A stretch of DNA of 64,000 bases from sequence record PZ452578.1. The stretch is one strand, 5' to 3'. A program made the position numbers and the translations under genes. The stretch comes from a phage. Shown piece by piece: positions 1-10,371 of this stretch (its first letter is position 1; every line of letters starts with the position of its first letter). The notes under the pieces are model-generated. The model had not been told where the DNA came from and did no database searches. It worked only from the letters and a program-made list of their open reading frames with translations.

Positions 1-32
1 ATTTCATTCTCCAAATCCGTATTAGTTGATAG

Positions 33-66
33 TTGTATAGTACCATGGAAGAACAGTCTTGTAAAC
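33..66 (-). promoter_or_regulatory. phage early (sigma70-type) promoter, PeSL-like repeat copy
   Basis: Minus strand reads GTTTAC (-35), about 17-nt spacer, TGgTACTAT (-10), with an A/T-rich upstream tract; near-identical copies at about 26.3k, 28.4k and 43.5k. Transcription would leave the window to the left. Confidence 0.6.
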
Positions 67-153
67 AGTTTTGTGAAAAATTTTTAGGGAATCCAAAGGG
101 TCCAGAATCATCTGTTTTTCATAAGTATAGATTTATATTACTTGTATGAAAAA

Positions 154-169
154 GGGACCCGGAGGTCCC
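154..169 (-). terminator. intrinsic terminator hairpin downstream of gene 43
   Basis: GGGACC-UCCG-GGUCCC stem-loop followed by a U5 tract on the minus-strand transcript, just past the gene 43 stop. Confidence 0.6.
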
Positions 170-182
170 TAGATTTATTCTA

Positions 183-2879
183 TCAGCCAAACAGGAAGTC
201 TAACGAAGCTTTTTCTTCATAGTCCATACCAGCCGATTCACACATGCCTGCAAGCGGTTTAACAAACGATTTTTGGAACAAAGTTGAGTAGTCAATCCAA
301 GACAGTACGTCAGAACGAATTTCTTTTGGAAGTTCTGTGCCCGACGGCCAAGCAATGCACTTGTCACCAAATGGATTTCCTTCACGCAATGGAAGAACCA
401 TTACTTTATTTCCATCCAAAATTGGAGCTACACCCAGACCACTAACAGCTCGACGATAAGTTAGCACACCGCGAATATGGAACGGACATTTAAATCCTGG
501 CCAACCTTTATCATCATATTTCGCTATATCGTTCGCAGTTTTTACTTCAGCAATAACTTTATAGTCAAGTTGACGATATTCTTTCTCAAAGTTCTTATAA
601 TATTCTTGAACAGACTCTTCGCCTTCTTGAAGAATACGACGGATACTTTCTTCAAGAGCTTCTTGGACCGCTTTAGGCGTTGAACTCTGCTGAGTTTCCA
701 TACCCATGATTTTTAGATGCGGTTCAGCAAATCGCTTATCTTCCATATCATAAACGTTCAGAGCATAACGTTTTTTCGCTTTCCAAAATCCACCAACACC
801 CTTTGAACCAAGCGGAGGGCAAGAAATAGCTTCACGGTCCATATGCATCAGATGCTCGCGGTTATTCATATAATCACATAACTCACGATATGCAACATCA
901 ATCATAGGTTCCATCTTTTTCTTACCGAACTGATTCATGAATTCAACTAAATCGTTCTGCTCTTTGAATCGGTCAAGACCAACTTTTTCAATAACTTTAT
1001 CTACACAAACATATACCGAATCAGTATCACCTGCTGCGATGAAATCTTCGCCATTAGTTCCGCATACTTTATTCAGATATTCATTAATTTTACGAGCAAT
1101 CCACTGAATACCAACTTGGCCGAAAATTGTGATAGCAGTAGCATTTCGCAAATCATAGTAACGAAAATGAATATTACCAAGAGCACCGTAAAGACTGTTA
1201 ATAAGAATTTTACGGTTCAGCTGATTTGTGTTAGCAAGTGTAGCTGCTTTTTCACATTCTTCAATCAAACTATTGAGAACAGATTCGGTGTAATTCGATA
1301 GTTCATTTAAGAAATCATCACTGAACTTAACATATCGTTCAACTTCAGGTTTAGTTGAACAAGACCCTGCGCCTTTCATAATAATCTTTTTAATAGCTTC
1401 GGCATTCATTTCTTCAGCGAACATTTTCTTTTTCCAATCTTTACGCTGGAAAAATACTTTAGCGATTTCCTTTGGAATGATACCTTCTTGATGCTTATCA
1501 TACATCCATCCATTCGGAGAACAAGAATATTCATCACTCGGTTTAGGAGCTGTTCCTGCGATATATTCATGAATTGGATGAACTTTAAATTGTCCACGAA
1601 TAGTCTCAGGACTAATGTTAACCTGGCGAATAATACTCGGATACAGAGACGTCAAGTCAAAACTCATAATGTATCGACGAGCAATTGGCTTAGGTTCAAA
1701 TACAAATGCACCCGGAAAACTCTGTTTAACATGCGAACCTTGTTGAGGAATAACCTTATGTTCACCTTTCAATGAGTTAAAAATAATAGCATCCCAAGTT
1801 TTAATAGGACTCATTACACCAGAAAAAGGCATTTTAGCGTAATAAGACATACTTAAAACTAGATCGATAAACCCGCGAATTTTATCAATTGCTTGAACTG
1901 ATTCTACGTCAATGATGTTATAACTAATGTATCGTTGATGATTAGTCTCACGAAGTTTATTAATAGGACCATCATACGGTAATTTACCTTTTTTGGTTTC
2001 ATGCTGAGCAACTGATTCCAAAGAGAATGACGGCAAATTAGTAAATGCGAATTTCTTATACAAATCTAAATAATCAAGAATAGATACGCCATCAATAGAA
2101 TAAATTTCTTTGCTACCGTACATATTTTGAATTAGTTTAGATTTTACTCGACCAATTGGAGAGAAGCGTTTCATACTACGTTCACCGAGAACCATTTTAA
2201 CGCGATTCATGATATACGGAACGTCAAATCCCTCAATATTCCAACCAGTAAAAATAGCAGGTCGTTTCTGTTCCCAAAGATTGATATATTCCATGAGCAT
2301 ATCACGCTCATTATCGAATGGCATATAAATTACTCGGTCAAGAATTTCTTGAGGAACTTCATCACCACCTTCACAGTCAAGCTTAGCAGCTAACTTTGCA
2401 TCCCATTTTGATACTGAACCGTACATTGAATTCAAAAGGTCGAAAACATAAAAACGATCATCAATTGAATCGTAATGAGTGATAGCATCAATTTCATATT
2501 CAGCTTTCATTGGGTCAGGAAATTTATCACCAGTAACCTCAATGTCACAGTTAGCTACACGAACAAATTTTCGGTCATAAACAATTTCTGAACCGTATGT
2601 ATCACTGATATAAGCGAGTTTAAAATCGTTCATACCGAGAGCTTCGAGACCGATGTCTTCCATTCGTTTCATCCAATCTCGAGCATCTTTCATTGATGGA
2701 AATTTTTGAGGAGCGCAGTTTTTACCATAAATGTCTTTGTACTTTGACTCTTCCTTACAATGCCTAAACATAGTTGGAAGATATTCTACTTCACGAGTAC
2801 GTTCCTTTCCGTTTTCATCAATATAACGTTCAACAATGTTATTTCCGACTGTTTCAATAGAGATATAAAATTCTTTCAT
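183..2879 (-). CDS. 43: DNA polymerase gp43 (family B, 3'-5' exonuclease plus polymerase)
   Basis: 898-aa ORF starting MKEFYISIETVGNN; exo motif CDIEV, polymerase motifs SLYPSII and GDTDS; size and sequence as I recall for T4 gp43. Confidence 0.97.
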   Translation of the reverse strand: MKEFYISIETVGNNIVERYIDENGKERTREVEYLPTMFRHCKEESKYKDIYGKNCAPQKFPSMKDARDWMKRMEDIGLEALGMNDFKLAYISDTYGSEIVYDRKFVRVANCDIEVTGDKFPDPMKAEYEIDAITHYDSIDDRFYVFDLLNSMYGSVSKWDAKLAAKLDCEGGDEVPQEILDRVIYMPFDNERDMLMEYINLWEQKRPAIFTGWNIEGFDVPYIMNRVKMVLGERSMKRFSPIGRVKSKLIQNMYGSKEIYSIDGVSILDYLDLYKKFAFTNLPSFSLESVAQHETKKGKLPYDGPINKLRETNHQRYISYNIIDVESVQAIDKIRGFIDLVLSMSYYAKMPFSGVMSPIKTWDAIIFNSLKGEHKVIPQQGSHVKQSFPGAFVFEPKPIARRYIMSFDLTSLYPSIIRQVNISPETIRGQFKVHPIHEYIAGTAPKPSDEYSCSPNGWMYDKHQEGIIPKEIAKVFFQRKDWKKKMFAEEMNAEAIKKIIMKGAGSCSTKPEVERYVKFSDDFLNELSNYTESVLNSLIEECEKAATLANTNQLNRKILINSLYGALGNIHFRYYDLRNATAITIFGQVGIQWIARKINEYLNKVCGTNGEDFIAAGDTDSVYVCVDKVIEKVGLDRFKEQNDLVEFMNQFGKKKMEPMIDVAYRELCDYMNNREHLMHMDREAISCPPLGSKGVGGFWKAKKRYALNVYDMEDKRFAEPHLKIMGMETQQSSTPKAVQEALEESIRRILQEGEESVQEYYKNFEKEYRQLDYKVIAEVKTANDIAKYDDKGWPGFKCPFHIRGVLTYRRAVSGLGVAPILDGNKVMVLPLREGNPFGDKCIAWPSGTELPKEIRSDVLSWIDYSTLFQKSFVKPLAGMCESAGMDYEEKASLDFLFG

Positions 2880-2920
2880 AGATATTCCTTAGTTTATAGC
2901 CCGAGTTATTAGGCTCTTGA
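2880..2920 (-). promoter_or_regulatory. gene 43 5' leader with translational operator-like hairpin
   Basis: Minus-strand leader AAGAGCCUAAUAACUCGGGCUAUAAACUAAGGAAUAUCU-AUG: 5-bp stem AGCCU/GGGCU, 8-nt loop, then SD AAGGA. Matches the architecture of the T4 gp43 autogenous repression site. Confidence 0.5.
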
Positions 2921-2939
2921 TATATTATACTCCAAATAA

Positions 2940-2954
2940 GGGGCCGAAGCCCCT
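2940..2954 (-). terminator. UUCG-tetraloop hairpin (terminator or RNA-stability element)
   Basis: GGGGC-UUCG-GCCCC on the minus-strand transcript between the small ORF and the gene 43 leader. Confidence 0.5.
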
Positions 2955-2957
2955 TGC

Positions 2958-3179
2958 TTAAATTAGTACTATTTGCCGGGTGAAAATTGTCAATCCATCT
3001 GCATTAATTGACTTAACGACTGCAGTAAAATGTTTTTGTTCTGGGTGAACTAATTTTTGAAATTCTACCTGAAATTTTAATTGGAGGTTTTCTGGTAAAT
3101 CAAAAAGTGTTTCTGTTGCAGAAAGATTATATTTTTCTTTAAGAGACGCCATGTATTCTTGCGGAGTTATAGCAGTCAT
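2958..3179 (-). CDS. hypothetical small protein between regA and gene 43
   Basis: 73 aa from the ATG one nt after the regA stop (MTAITPQEY...); ends just before the hairpin at 2940-2954. No recognisable motif. Confidence 0.4.
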   Translation of the reverse strand: MTAITPQEYMASLKEKYNLSATETLFDLPENLQLKFQVEFQKLVHPEQKHFTAVVKSINADGLTIFTRQIVLI

Positions 3180-3180
3180 A

Positions 3181-3549
3181 TTAATTACCAATCGTATATT
3201 TAGGAACGAGTTTCCATTCATGTTTTTGTTTAAAAGAAATAACTCGGAAGTTATTAGTTAAATCTTTCATAAAAGTTCTTTGACCAGGAACGATTTCAAT
3301 CAGTCCCCAATCTTCTAACAGCCATGCAATCGAATCACGACGAACTTCATCTTCTTCTGTCATTTCAACTTGACGGCCATCCATACGAAGCATTTCTTTA
3401 AAATGAACGATATAGTATAGTCCTTTTTTCTGAAGAATATGACAGGACTGATACAGAACTTTATCTTTATTATTAGCAATTCCCATACGAGTCAAAGTTT
3501 CTTTTACTTTCAGAAAATCTTCAGGTTTTTTAAGAGTAATTTCAATCAT
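3181..3549 (-). CDS. regA: translational repressor RegA
   Basis: 122-aa ORF MIEITLKKPEDFLKVKETLTRMG...; size and position (between 62 and 43) as in T4. Confidence 0.9.
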   Translation of the reverse strand: MIEITLKKPEDFLKVKETLTRMGIANNKDKVLYQSCHILQKKGLYYIVHFKEMLRMDGRQVEMTEEDEVRRDSIAWLLEDWGLIEIVPGQRTFMKDLTNNFRVISFKQKHEWKLVPKYTIGN

Positions 3550-3550
3550 T

Positions 3551-4114
3551 TTACCATTCCAATGCTAGTTTTTTGAGTTGTTTCTGTTCTTTTACGTTCT
3601 TAGTCACTTCTTTCAAAAAATCATCCGTGACTAAACCTTTTAGTTCTTTTAATACTAAAGGAAGTTTTCCATTTTTAGTAAGAATTGATTTATAGTTAAT
3701 TGCATCATTTGTGTTAACTTGATACCGCTTAGCAAGTAACTTAATAATCAATACTTCGGTGGAATCTTCAACCAGTTTTGCCCATTTACCATATCTTTTA
3801 CCACGAGGAACTGCAGCCATTAGATAATTAAAATGAGCTTCATCACTTAAACCTGATCCAATTAAATTCATAGCATATACAGCTGGCATGCACTCTGGAA
3901 ATTGTGATAATGCATTTTCAACCATGAATTTTGAATAATCTTTTTGAGCAATAGAGCATTTAGTTTTATTATTAATAGCTCCAATTATTTCAAAAAACTC
4001 ATTTTCAGCTTTTTCTTTAAAAGAATCAGCAGCGGATTGGACAGCTGTCCAATCTTTTGAATACCAAGCAACTTGATGCTCGTTTAATTGAATATCATCT
4101 TCAAATAAGCTCAT
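3551..4114 (-). CDS. 62: clamp loader small subunit gp62
   Basis: 187 aa from the internal start [14 protein letters not shown]; directly downstream of gene 44. Confidence 0.9.
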   Translation of the reverse strand: MSLFEDDIQLNEHQVAWYSKDWTAVQSAADSFKEKAENEFFEIIGAINNKTKCSIAQKDYSKFMVENALSQFPECMPAVYAMNLIGSGLSDEAHFNYLMAAVPRGKRYGKWAKLVEDSTEVLIIKLLAKRYQVNTNDAINYKSILTKNGKLPLVLKELKGLVTDDFLKEVTKNVKEQKQLKKLALEW

Positions 4115-4115
4115 A

Positions 4116-5075
4116 TCACTTCCACTGCATTTCACATGCTAACTGAATGAAAAGATAAGCTAGATGCAATTCAGTATTAGCTGCAATACCATGATACTGA
4201 TTATTTTCGCCGACAATTTCGTACATACGAATAATACTCTGTGGAGTTACACGTGAATAAATTTCTTCGGCAAGTTTACCCACGAACCACGAATAATCGG
4301 CTGCATATTTTGGTGCTAAAGCTCTGAGTTGTTTAACATCTTTATTTTTGAGAGACTCAAGAACATCATCAATAGCACCACGATCGTTAGTAACCAGTGA
4401 TAAAATACCAGCATCCAAAACACCTTTAGATGAATAACTATCGAGCTCGCCAATAGTTTTACGAAAATCAGGAAAATTCTTTTTAACCAAAGCTGCTACA
4501 ACTTTCATATCAGCTATAGCAATTCCTTCATGCTTACAGATTTCAGTCAACCGACGAATCATCTGCTTCATCATTTCAATTTTATCTTCATCGGTCGGTT
4601 GACCGAATGTAATAACTCGGCAGCGTGACTGAAGCGGTTTAATAATACCATCAATATTGTTAGCAGTAATAATAATACTACAGTTTGAACTATAAGCTTC
4701 CATAAAGGAACGAAGATGTCGCTGAGACTCTGCTAGCCCTGAACGGTCAAATTCATCAATAACGATTACTTTTTGACGACCATCAAATGAAGCTGCACTG
4801 GCAAAATTAGTCAAAGGACCACGAACGAAATCAATTTTACAATCTGATCCATTCACAAACATCATATCAGCATTTACATCATGACACAATGCTTTTGCTA
4901 CAGTTGTTTTACCTGTTCCTGGAGAAGGAGAATGAAGAATAATATGTGGAATCTTACCTTTACTTGTAATAGATTTAAAGGTTTCTTTATCAAAGGCGGG
5001 AAGAATACATTCATCGATAGTAGATGGACGATATTTCTGTTCAAGAATGTGTTCTTTTTCATTTACGGTAATCAT
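4116..5075 (-). CDS. 44: clamp loader ATPase gp44 (AAA+)
   Basis: 319 aa from MITVNEKEH; Walker [11 protein letters not shown], Walker [12 protein letters not shown] motif QSRC. Confidence 0.93.
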
Positions 5076-5108
5076 AATTTCCTCATTCAAGTTTTAGTGT
5101 AAATTATA

Positions 5109-5124
5109 AAGGGCCGAAGCCCTT
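5109..5124 (-). terminator. UUCG-tetraloop hairpin between genes 45 and 44
   Basis: GGGC-UUCG-GCCC flanked by A/U on the minus-strand transcript. Confidence 0.45.
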
Positions 5125-5126
5125 TA

Positions 5127-5813
5127 TTAAAAATCGTGGGTAGAATCAGCTTCAAGAGCTACTACATAATTCGCATGTTCACCTTCAAATTTAGCAGCGC
5201 CTTGTTTACCTTTTGCCCAGAGCAGAAGTTTATAATTTCCTGGTTGCATTTTCATATTTGCCATATTGATAATGAAATTAAATGTATTTTCACCATCATA
5301 ATCACCAAGAGTCAAAGAATATTTAACACGGGTCAGAGCAGAATCTTCTACTTTATTAAAACCGTTAATTACGATTTTACCTTCTTTTACCGTGATAGCA
5401 ATTGTATCAATTTGCAGACCACGAGATACACGCAACAGTTGTTGAAGGTCTTCAGCTTTAATTTCAGTAACAACAGATGCTACCGGGAATGGAATTGGTT
5501 TATTAGGAGCAACTACTGTACTCGGATCGGCTGCTGGCCAAAAAATTGTTGAGCGGGCATCAGCAATTTTAATATTTCCATCTTCTGACTGGGAAATTTC
5601 TGCATCATCATTAACTAGAGACAGAATACCGAGAAAACCGTTCAAATCGTAAATTGCTACATCAAAATCAATAACGTCAGAAATATTTGCTTCCGCATAA
5701 GTTGTACCATTAACTGCGCGAGTCATAATAAATTGACCGGATTTAAGCATAATACCAGAGTTAATAGTAGCGAAATTTTTAAGCAGAGCAGTAGTATCTT
5801 TAGACAGTTTCAT
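5127..5813 (-). CDS. 45: sliding clamp gp45
   Basis: 228-aa ORF MKLSKDTTALLKNFATINSGIMLK...; size and position as in T4. Confidence 0.95.
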   Translation of the reverse strand: MKLSKDTTALLKNFATINSGIMLKSGQFIMTRAVNGTTYAEANISDVIDFDVAIYDLNGFLGILSLVNDDAEISQSEDGNIKIADARSTIFWPAADPSTVVAPNKPIPFPVASVVTEIKAEDLQQLLRVSRGLQIDTIAITVKEGKIVINGFNKVEDSALTRVKYSLTLGDYDGENTFNFIINMANMKMQPGNYKLLLWAKGKQGAAKFEGEHANYVVALEADSTHDF

Positions 5814-5868
5814 GTAATTTCCTTCAATTCAAATGAGATTTAATTTTATAACTAATTTAATAAAGCAA

Positions 5869-6258
5869 TTAACGATTAAAATCAGCCGCAATTGTTTCGG
5901 CAACAATTTGAGCAGCAACAATCAGACGTTCATCTGCATTGCCGCAATATTCATCTTCAAGGCGTTCACCACATGAAGTCATAATAAATTTAGCACCAGC
6001 GTTTAGGGATTCTGTAGTATGTTTGCGCATTAGTTCAATCCATTTATTACTTACTTCACGATCGATAGCTTCATAATACGCATGACGAGCAGGTGCAGAT
6101 TTAATTTTGTTCTGAATAACTTCCATTGCGTTATCAGAAAGAGACAAAACCCATGCTCGACGAATTTTATTTTGGTTTTGTGGATTTGATTCAGAACGCA
6201 CGTGTTTTGGCTGAATATCTTTTACGTCAACAGTATAATTCACAGTAATTTTAGTCAT
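5869..6258 (-). CDS. rpbA: RNA polymerase-binding protein RpbA
   Basis: 129-aa ORF immediately upstream of gene 45; size and position as in T4. Confidence 0.8.
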   Translation of the reverse strand: MTKITVNYTVDVKDIQPKHVRSESNPQNQNKIRRAWVLSLSDNAMEVIQNKIKSAPARHAYYEAIDREVSNKWIELMRKHTTESLNAGAKFIMTSCGERLEDEYCGNADERLIVAAQIVAETIAADFNR

Positions 6259-6267
6259 AATACACCT

Positions 6268-6459
6268 TTAGTCATAATAATCAGTAACAGTCCAAGCTTC
6301 ATTTCTATTGGACATTATTTTTGTATATTCTGCTTTAAATGCATTCCTAAGCATAGATTCAGTAACTATATGCTCTTCATTAGAAAAATTATTTCTCAGA
6401 ATATATCGTTTTATTTCAGGAATAGTTAATAGATGCTGTCCAGTTGAATATTCTGCCAC
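6268..6459 (-). CDS. hypothetical protein (45.1 position)
   Basis: 63-aa ORF in the early-operon orientation. Confidence 0.5.
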   Translation of the reverse strand: MAEYSTGQHLLTIPEIKRYILRNNFSNEEHIVTESMLRNAFKAEYTKIMSNRNEAWTVTDYYD

Positions 6460-6510
6460 AGTTCCTCCGTATAAATATGTTTATCACTCGCTGTATCAAA
6501 AGGATATGTT

Positions 6511-7227
6511 ATGAATTATAAACTAATTTATGAAAAGTTAATCTCTAATGCTAAATCTCGAAAACTTGATTGCTATACTGAATCTCATCACATTATACCG
6601 CGCTGTTTAAATGGAAGTGATGATGCTTCAAACTTAGTAGATTTAACACCAGAAGAGCACTATGTAGCTCATCAACTTTTAGTAAAAATTTATCCTTCTG
6701 AACCAAAATTAGTCTATGCTGCTAACATGATGACAGTTTCTACGAAATACGCTAAACGCAACAATAAAACTTTCGGTTGGATTCGTCGTAAACTCTGGGA
6801 AATAGAAAAGAACAAAGAATTCTCCCAGGAGACACGAAAGAAAATGTCTGATGCAGTAGCTAATAAAGCAAGACTAACTTGTCCTCATTGCGGTAAGTCT
6901 GGATTAAGCGGGAATATGAATCGTTGGCATTTTGATAACTGCCCAAATCACCCTAATCCTAAAGTTAGACCACCAATGTCTAAAGAACACAGAAATAATA
7001 TCTCAAACGGGCTTAAAGCAATCGTTCTTGAAGAAACATCCTGCGAATTCTGCGGAATGATAGGCAAGAAATGCGTTATCGCAGCGCATAGAAATTTCTG
7101 CAAGAAAAATCCAAATGGACGCAAGAAAACTGAAAAGACTGGTACTTGCGTCCATTGCGGTAAAGTTACCACTTTCGGAAATTTATCAAGGTGGCATAAT
7201 GATAACTGTAAATATAAACCTAGCTAA
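6511..7227 (+). CDS. HNH homing endonuclease-like protein with three zinc-finger-like repeats
   Basis: 238 aa; N-terminal HNH signature ESHHIIPRCLNGSDDASNLVDLTPEEHYVAHQ; three C-terminal repeats of CxxCG...(R)WHxDNC. Plus strand, antisense to the surrounding early genes. Confidence 0.8.
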   Translation: MNYKLIYEKLISNAKSRKLDCYTESHHIIPRCLNGSDDASNLVDLTPEEHYVAHQLLVKIYPSEPKLVYAANMMTVSTKYAKRNNKTFGWIRRKLWEIEKNKEFSQETRKKMSDAVANKARLTCPHCGKSGLSGNMNRWHFDNCPNHPNPKVRPPMSKEHRNNISNGLKAIVLEETSCEFCGMIGKKCVIAAHRNFCKKNPNGRKKTEKTGTCVHCGKVTTFGNLSRWHNDNCKYKPS

Positions 7228-8908
7228 TCTTAGCTAAACTAAATCTACCAACTTTTTCCATCTGAATATGCTGACCATATTCTTGTGGGTCATGGTCTTT
7301 ATGCGAAATTATGAAGAAGTTGGTATCCTTCAAACCATCTAAAATTTTAGCTACATTTTTAATGCCTTCAGCATCAAATGCACCATCATACACTTCATCA
7401 AGAAATAAACAACTTATTTTAACACCTGAAACTTTTTCAGCAATATCACGCCAAGTAAATAAAAGAGCAATATCAATTCGTGCTTTTTCACCTTGACTGA
7501 ATGAAGCATAACTAAAATCTTCACGACCACGGGATTTAATTGTCTCATTAAATTCTTCATCTAATGTAAACACATAATCCGCTTCCATTATTTTAAGATA
7601 ATGGTTAATCTGCTTATTAAATAATGGAATGTACTTTTTAATAATAGCACCTTTAATACCAGAATCTTTGAGCATATCAGTCAAAATTCCTCGGTGGTAT
7701 TTTTCCATTACTAAATTAGTTTTTGTCTTAACAATTTTATCAAGTTCTTCTTGAAGCAGTGCTATTTCATCAGCATGGTCAATAAACTCAGAAGATGCTT
7801 TTTCTATAGCCGCTTTAACTTTTTTAGCTTTATCTACCGTCGTGATTAGAGATTGCTTTTTATTGCGAATATCATTTGCCAACGACTGTTGGGTTTTAAT
7901 ATTATCTCGGTATTCATCAACAAGAACTTTTAAATTATCACGGTGTGTTGAAAGCTGTTCAAATGAATGCGTACATTCAGAAACTTTATCTTTAATTTTA
8001 GAAACAACTTTATCACCGGAACTTAATTGTGACAAACAGGTTGGACATAATCCACCTTCGTGATACATATTAATGACTTTATTATACGAGTCAATTTTTG
8101 ATTTAATTAAAAATGCTTCTTGACCGATTTTATTAAATGCATCAGTCGGGTCTTCATCTAAAACAATATTAACTAATCTTTCATTAGCTTCTTCTATTTC
8201 TGATTTTAGCGTTCTAGCTTCTTTTGCCAAATCATCATACATATTTTGTAGACGAGTAAGGTTGTCACCCGTTAATTTTTTCTGGCGTTCAACGTTATCA
8301 TTATATATTTTAATTTGTTGGATAATACTATCTTTTTTAACATCAAGCACTTGGTTTTGTGAATTTAATTCACGTATTAGTGCTTTATTAAGCTTATCCA
8401 TTTCAGCTAATGTTCCTACCTCAAGCAGGTCTTCCACAAGCTTTCTTCGTGCAGGGGTCGACAAACCCATGAAAGGGATATACCCTGCTGTACCAAGGAC
8501 AACAATCTGCTTGAAACTGGCATATGACATTCCGATAAGCTGTTCAAATTCTGCTTGGAAATCTTTACTGCTGGCAGATTCATTAAGACGTGTACCGTTA
8601 ACGGTGATTTCGAAAACGTTTGGTTTTTGTCCTCTTTTGATATAGTACTTTTTCTCATCATATTCCATCCACAGTTCAACTAAAAGTTCTTTCTTATTTG
8701 TGCTGTTTATTAATTGACCTTTCTTTACATCACGAAATGGCTTGCCAAAAAGCCCAAATGTGATGGCTTCTAGCATAGTAGACTTACCACCGCCATTTCG
8801 TCCAGTAATAAGAGTTTTTTGAACCTTATCTAATTGAATGTCAATAGGATTTCCACCTACTGACATTATATTTTGATACCTAACTCGGTTTAGTTTAAAA
8901 TTCTTCAC
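7220..8908 (-). CDS. 46: recombination nuclease subunit gp46 (Rad50/SbcC-like ATPase)
   Basis: 562 aa; Walker A GRNGGGKST, long central coiled coil with CPTC zinc hook, C-terminal signature/Walker B (LFLDEV). Confidence 0.95.
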   Translation of the reverse strand: MKNFKLNRVRYQNIMSVGGNPIDIQLDKVQKTLITGRNGGGKSTMLEAITFGLFGKPFRDVKKGQLINSTNKKELLVELWMEYDEKKYYIKRGQKPNVFEITVNGTRLNESASSKDFQAEFEQLIGMSYASFKQIVVLGTAGYIPFMGLSTPARRKLVEDLLEVGTLAEMDKLNKALIRELNSQNQVLDVKKDSIIQQIKIYNDNVERQKKLTGDNLTRLQNMYDDLAKEARTLKSEIEEANERLVNIVLDEDPTDAFNKIGQEAFLIKSKIDSYNKVINMYHEGGLCPTCLSQLSSGDKVVSKIKDKVSECTHSFEQLSTHRDNLKVLVDEYRDNIKTQQSLANDIRNKKQSLITTVDKAKKVKAAIEKASSEFIDHADEIALLQEELDKIVKTKTNLVMEKYHRGILTDMLKDSGIKGAIIKKYIPLFNKQINHYLKIMEADYVFTLDEEFNETIKSRGREDFSYASFSQGEKARIDIALLFTWRDIAEKVSGVKISCLFLDEVYDGAFDAEGIKNVAKILDGLKDTNFFIISHKDHDPQEYGQHIQMEKVGRFSLAKIS

Positions 8909-9120
8909 AAAAGATTCCTTTTAATGTATCTTTTAGACCATTCTATCATATCATCATAATCTAAAAAGTATTCATCAAATTCAGCCATGCAAACAACACC
9001 TTGTGCTGTTTTTGATGTGATATAAATTATTCCAACATATCTAGAATCTTCTTCGGTGTAATCAATATTTGCTATGAATTCATCGTTAATGTCAAATGTC
9101 GAAAACTTCACAGTATGCAT
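8905..9120 (-). CDS. hypothetical protein (46.1 position)
   Basis: Small ORF; start set at an internal Met to limit overlap with the upstream ORF. Confidence 0.45.
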   Translation of the reverse strand: MHTVKFSTFDINDEFIANIDYTEEDSRYVGIIYITSKTAQGVVCMAEFDEYFLDYDDMIEWSKRYIKRNLL

Positions 9121-9355
9121 CCTTAATACAAGATACAGCCATATCTTGTAATGATTTAGGTGTGTCATTATCTAAAATGTTGAAGTTAAAAGATACGGCC
9201 CAATCAGTGCAGACCGTAACCTTTTTAATACAATTATCTTCAACCTCTAGTGGTTCAAACCAATATTCAATAATTTCTTTATGCCCAATATCATCTTTTA
9301 CTTCACATTCAAAATGCTGACTCATCATAACATTTTTAAATTCATCAAAAGTCAT
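9092..9355 (-). CDS. hypothetical protein (46.2 position)
   Basis: 87-aa ORF between 47 and 46. Confidence 0.5.
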   Translation of the reverse strand: MTFDEFKNVMMSQHFECEVKDDIGHKEIIEYWFEPLEVEDNCIKKVTVCTDWAVSFNFNILDNDTPKSLQDMAVSCIKDAYCEVFDI

Positions 9356-10371
9356 TGTGTTGCCTCTACATATAACTGATTTGCATATTGAATAAGTGCT
9401 TCGCGATCAGAATCAGTGATGTCTGGAATTGCATTAATGTATTCTTCCATCAATGTCTGAAGAGATTGAACTTCAACTTCTTCACTGTCATCTGACTCGA
9501 CAGAGTTATCAATCTTTGACACAACTCGTAATGAATGCACAACTTTTTCTAGTTCAGATTCGAACTTCGTTAGATTTTTGTCTACTTCAGTTACTATAAC
9601 ACGTACTGATAGATTTGTAAAATCTTTATAGTCAATTTTTCCTTTAAATGGATAATGAATTCTACGATGCCAGGTAGTATTGTTTGGAATAAATTCCATT
9701 CGTTCTGTTTCTGTATCAAACATCCAGAACCCGCGAGGGTCATTCTCGTCACCTGCTGTTAGTGTCCATGGTGTCCCAATATATCTGACGTTTGCAGCCT
9801 CAGAAATAGTATGGAAGTGACCAGACCACACTTCTTTATAAGTCTTAAGGAAATCAGGTTCAAGACCGTGAGATTTCATTCCTTTATAAAAATAAAATCC
9901 ATTCAGTTCCCAGTGACCAACACAAAAAGAAGCAGATGAAGTTTTGATGTGTTCAAGAATTTCACCAGTATTTTCTTCACACATCCAAGGAATTAAATCA
10001 ATCAAACATCCGTCAAAATCTACTGTAGTAGGCTTATCATATACTTTAACATTAGGATATTTAGCCAAAAGCTCAGTAGAAGCATTTGGATGCATTACAT
10101 TTTTATAGTGGAGATCGTGATTTCCTACAATAGTATGTAATGTGATTCCAGCGTCGTCAAGCATTTGAACTATTTCACGGGCAAACTCCATAGTTTTATG
10201 CGTGATCGCTTTTCGTACATCAAAAATATCACCATATTGAATCCATACAGTAATTCCATTTTTCTTAGAATATTCTATCGCTTGCTTAATTCCATCAATT
10301 TGAATACCGCGAATCCACTCATCATCGGCTTTAACGCCTAAATGCCAATCACCCAAGTTTAGTATTTTCAT
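9352..10371 (-). CDS. 47: recombination nuclease subunit gp47 (Mre11/SbcD-like phosphoesterase)
   Basis: 339 aa; metallophosphatase motifs LGDWHLG, GDIFD, GNHD, GHWE. Confidence 0.95.
   Translation of the reverse strand: MKILNLGDWHLGVKADDEWIRGIQIDGIKQAIEYSKKNGITVWIQYGDIFDVRKAITHKTMEFAREIVQMLDDAGITLHTIVGNHDLHYKNVMHPNASTELLAKYPNVKVYDKPTTVDFDGCLIDLIPWMCEENTGEILEHIKTSSASFCVGHWELNGFYFYKGMKSHGLEPDFLKTYKEVWSGHFHTISEAANVRYIGTPWTLTAGDENDPRGFWMFDTETERMEFIPNNTTWHRRIHYPFKGKIDYKDFTNLSVRVIVTEVDKNLTKFESELEKVVHSLRVVSKIDNSVESDDSEEVEVQSLQTLMEEYINAIPDITDSDREALIQYANQLYVEATQ

Noticed and set aside
200-1775. ORFs 200..385, 477..683, 1116..1301, 1406..1597 and 1488..1775 inside or antisense to gene 43
   Set aside because: They are fully nested in the 898-aa DNA polymerase ORF, in other frames or on the opposite strand, with low-complexity translations; artefacts of a long A/T-rich coding region.
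7311-8679. ORFs 7311..7496, 7842..8063, 8262..8645 and 8416..8679 inside gene 46
   Set aside because: Nested in or antisense to the 562-aa gp46 ORF; no independent start signals.
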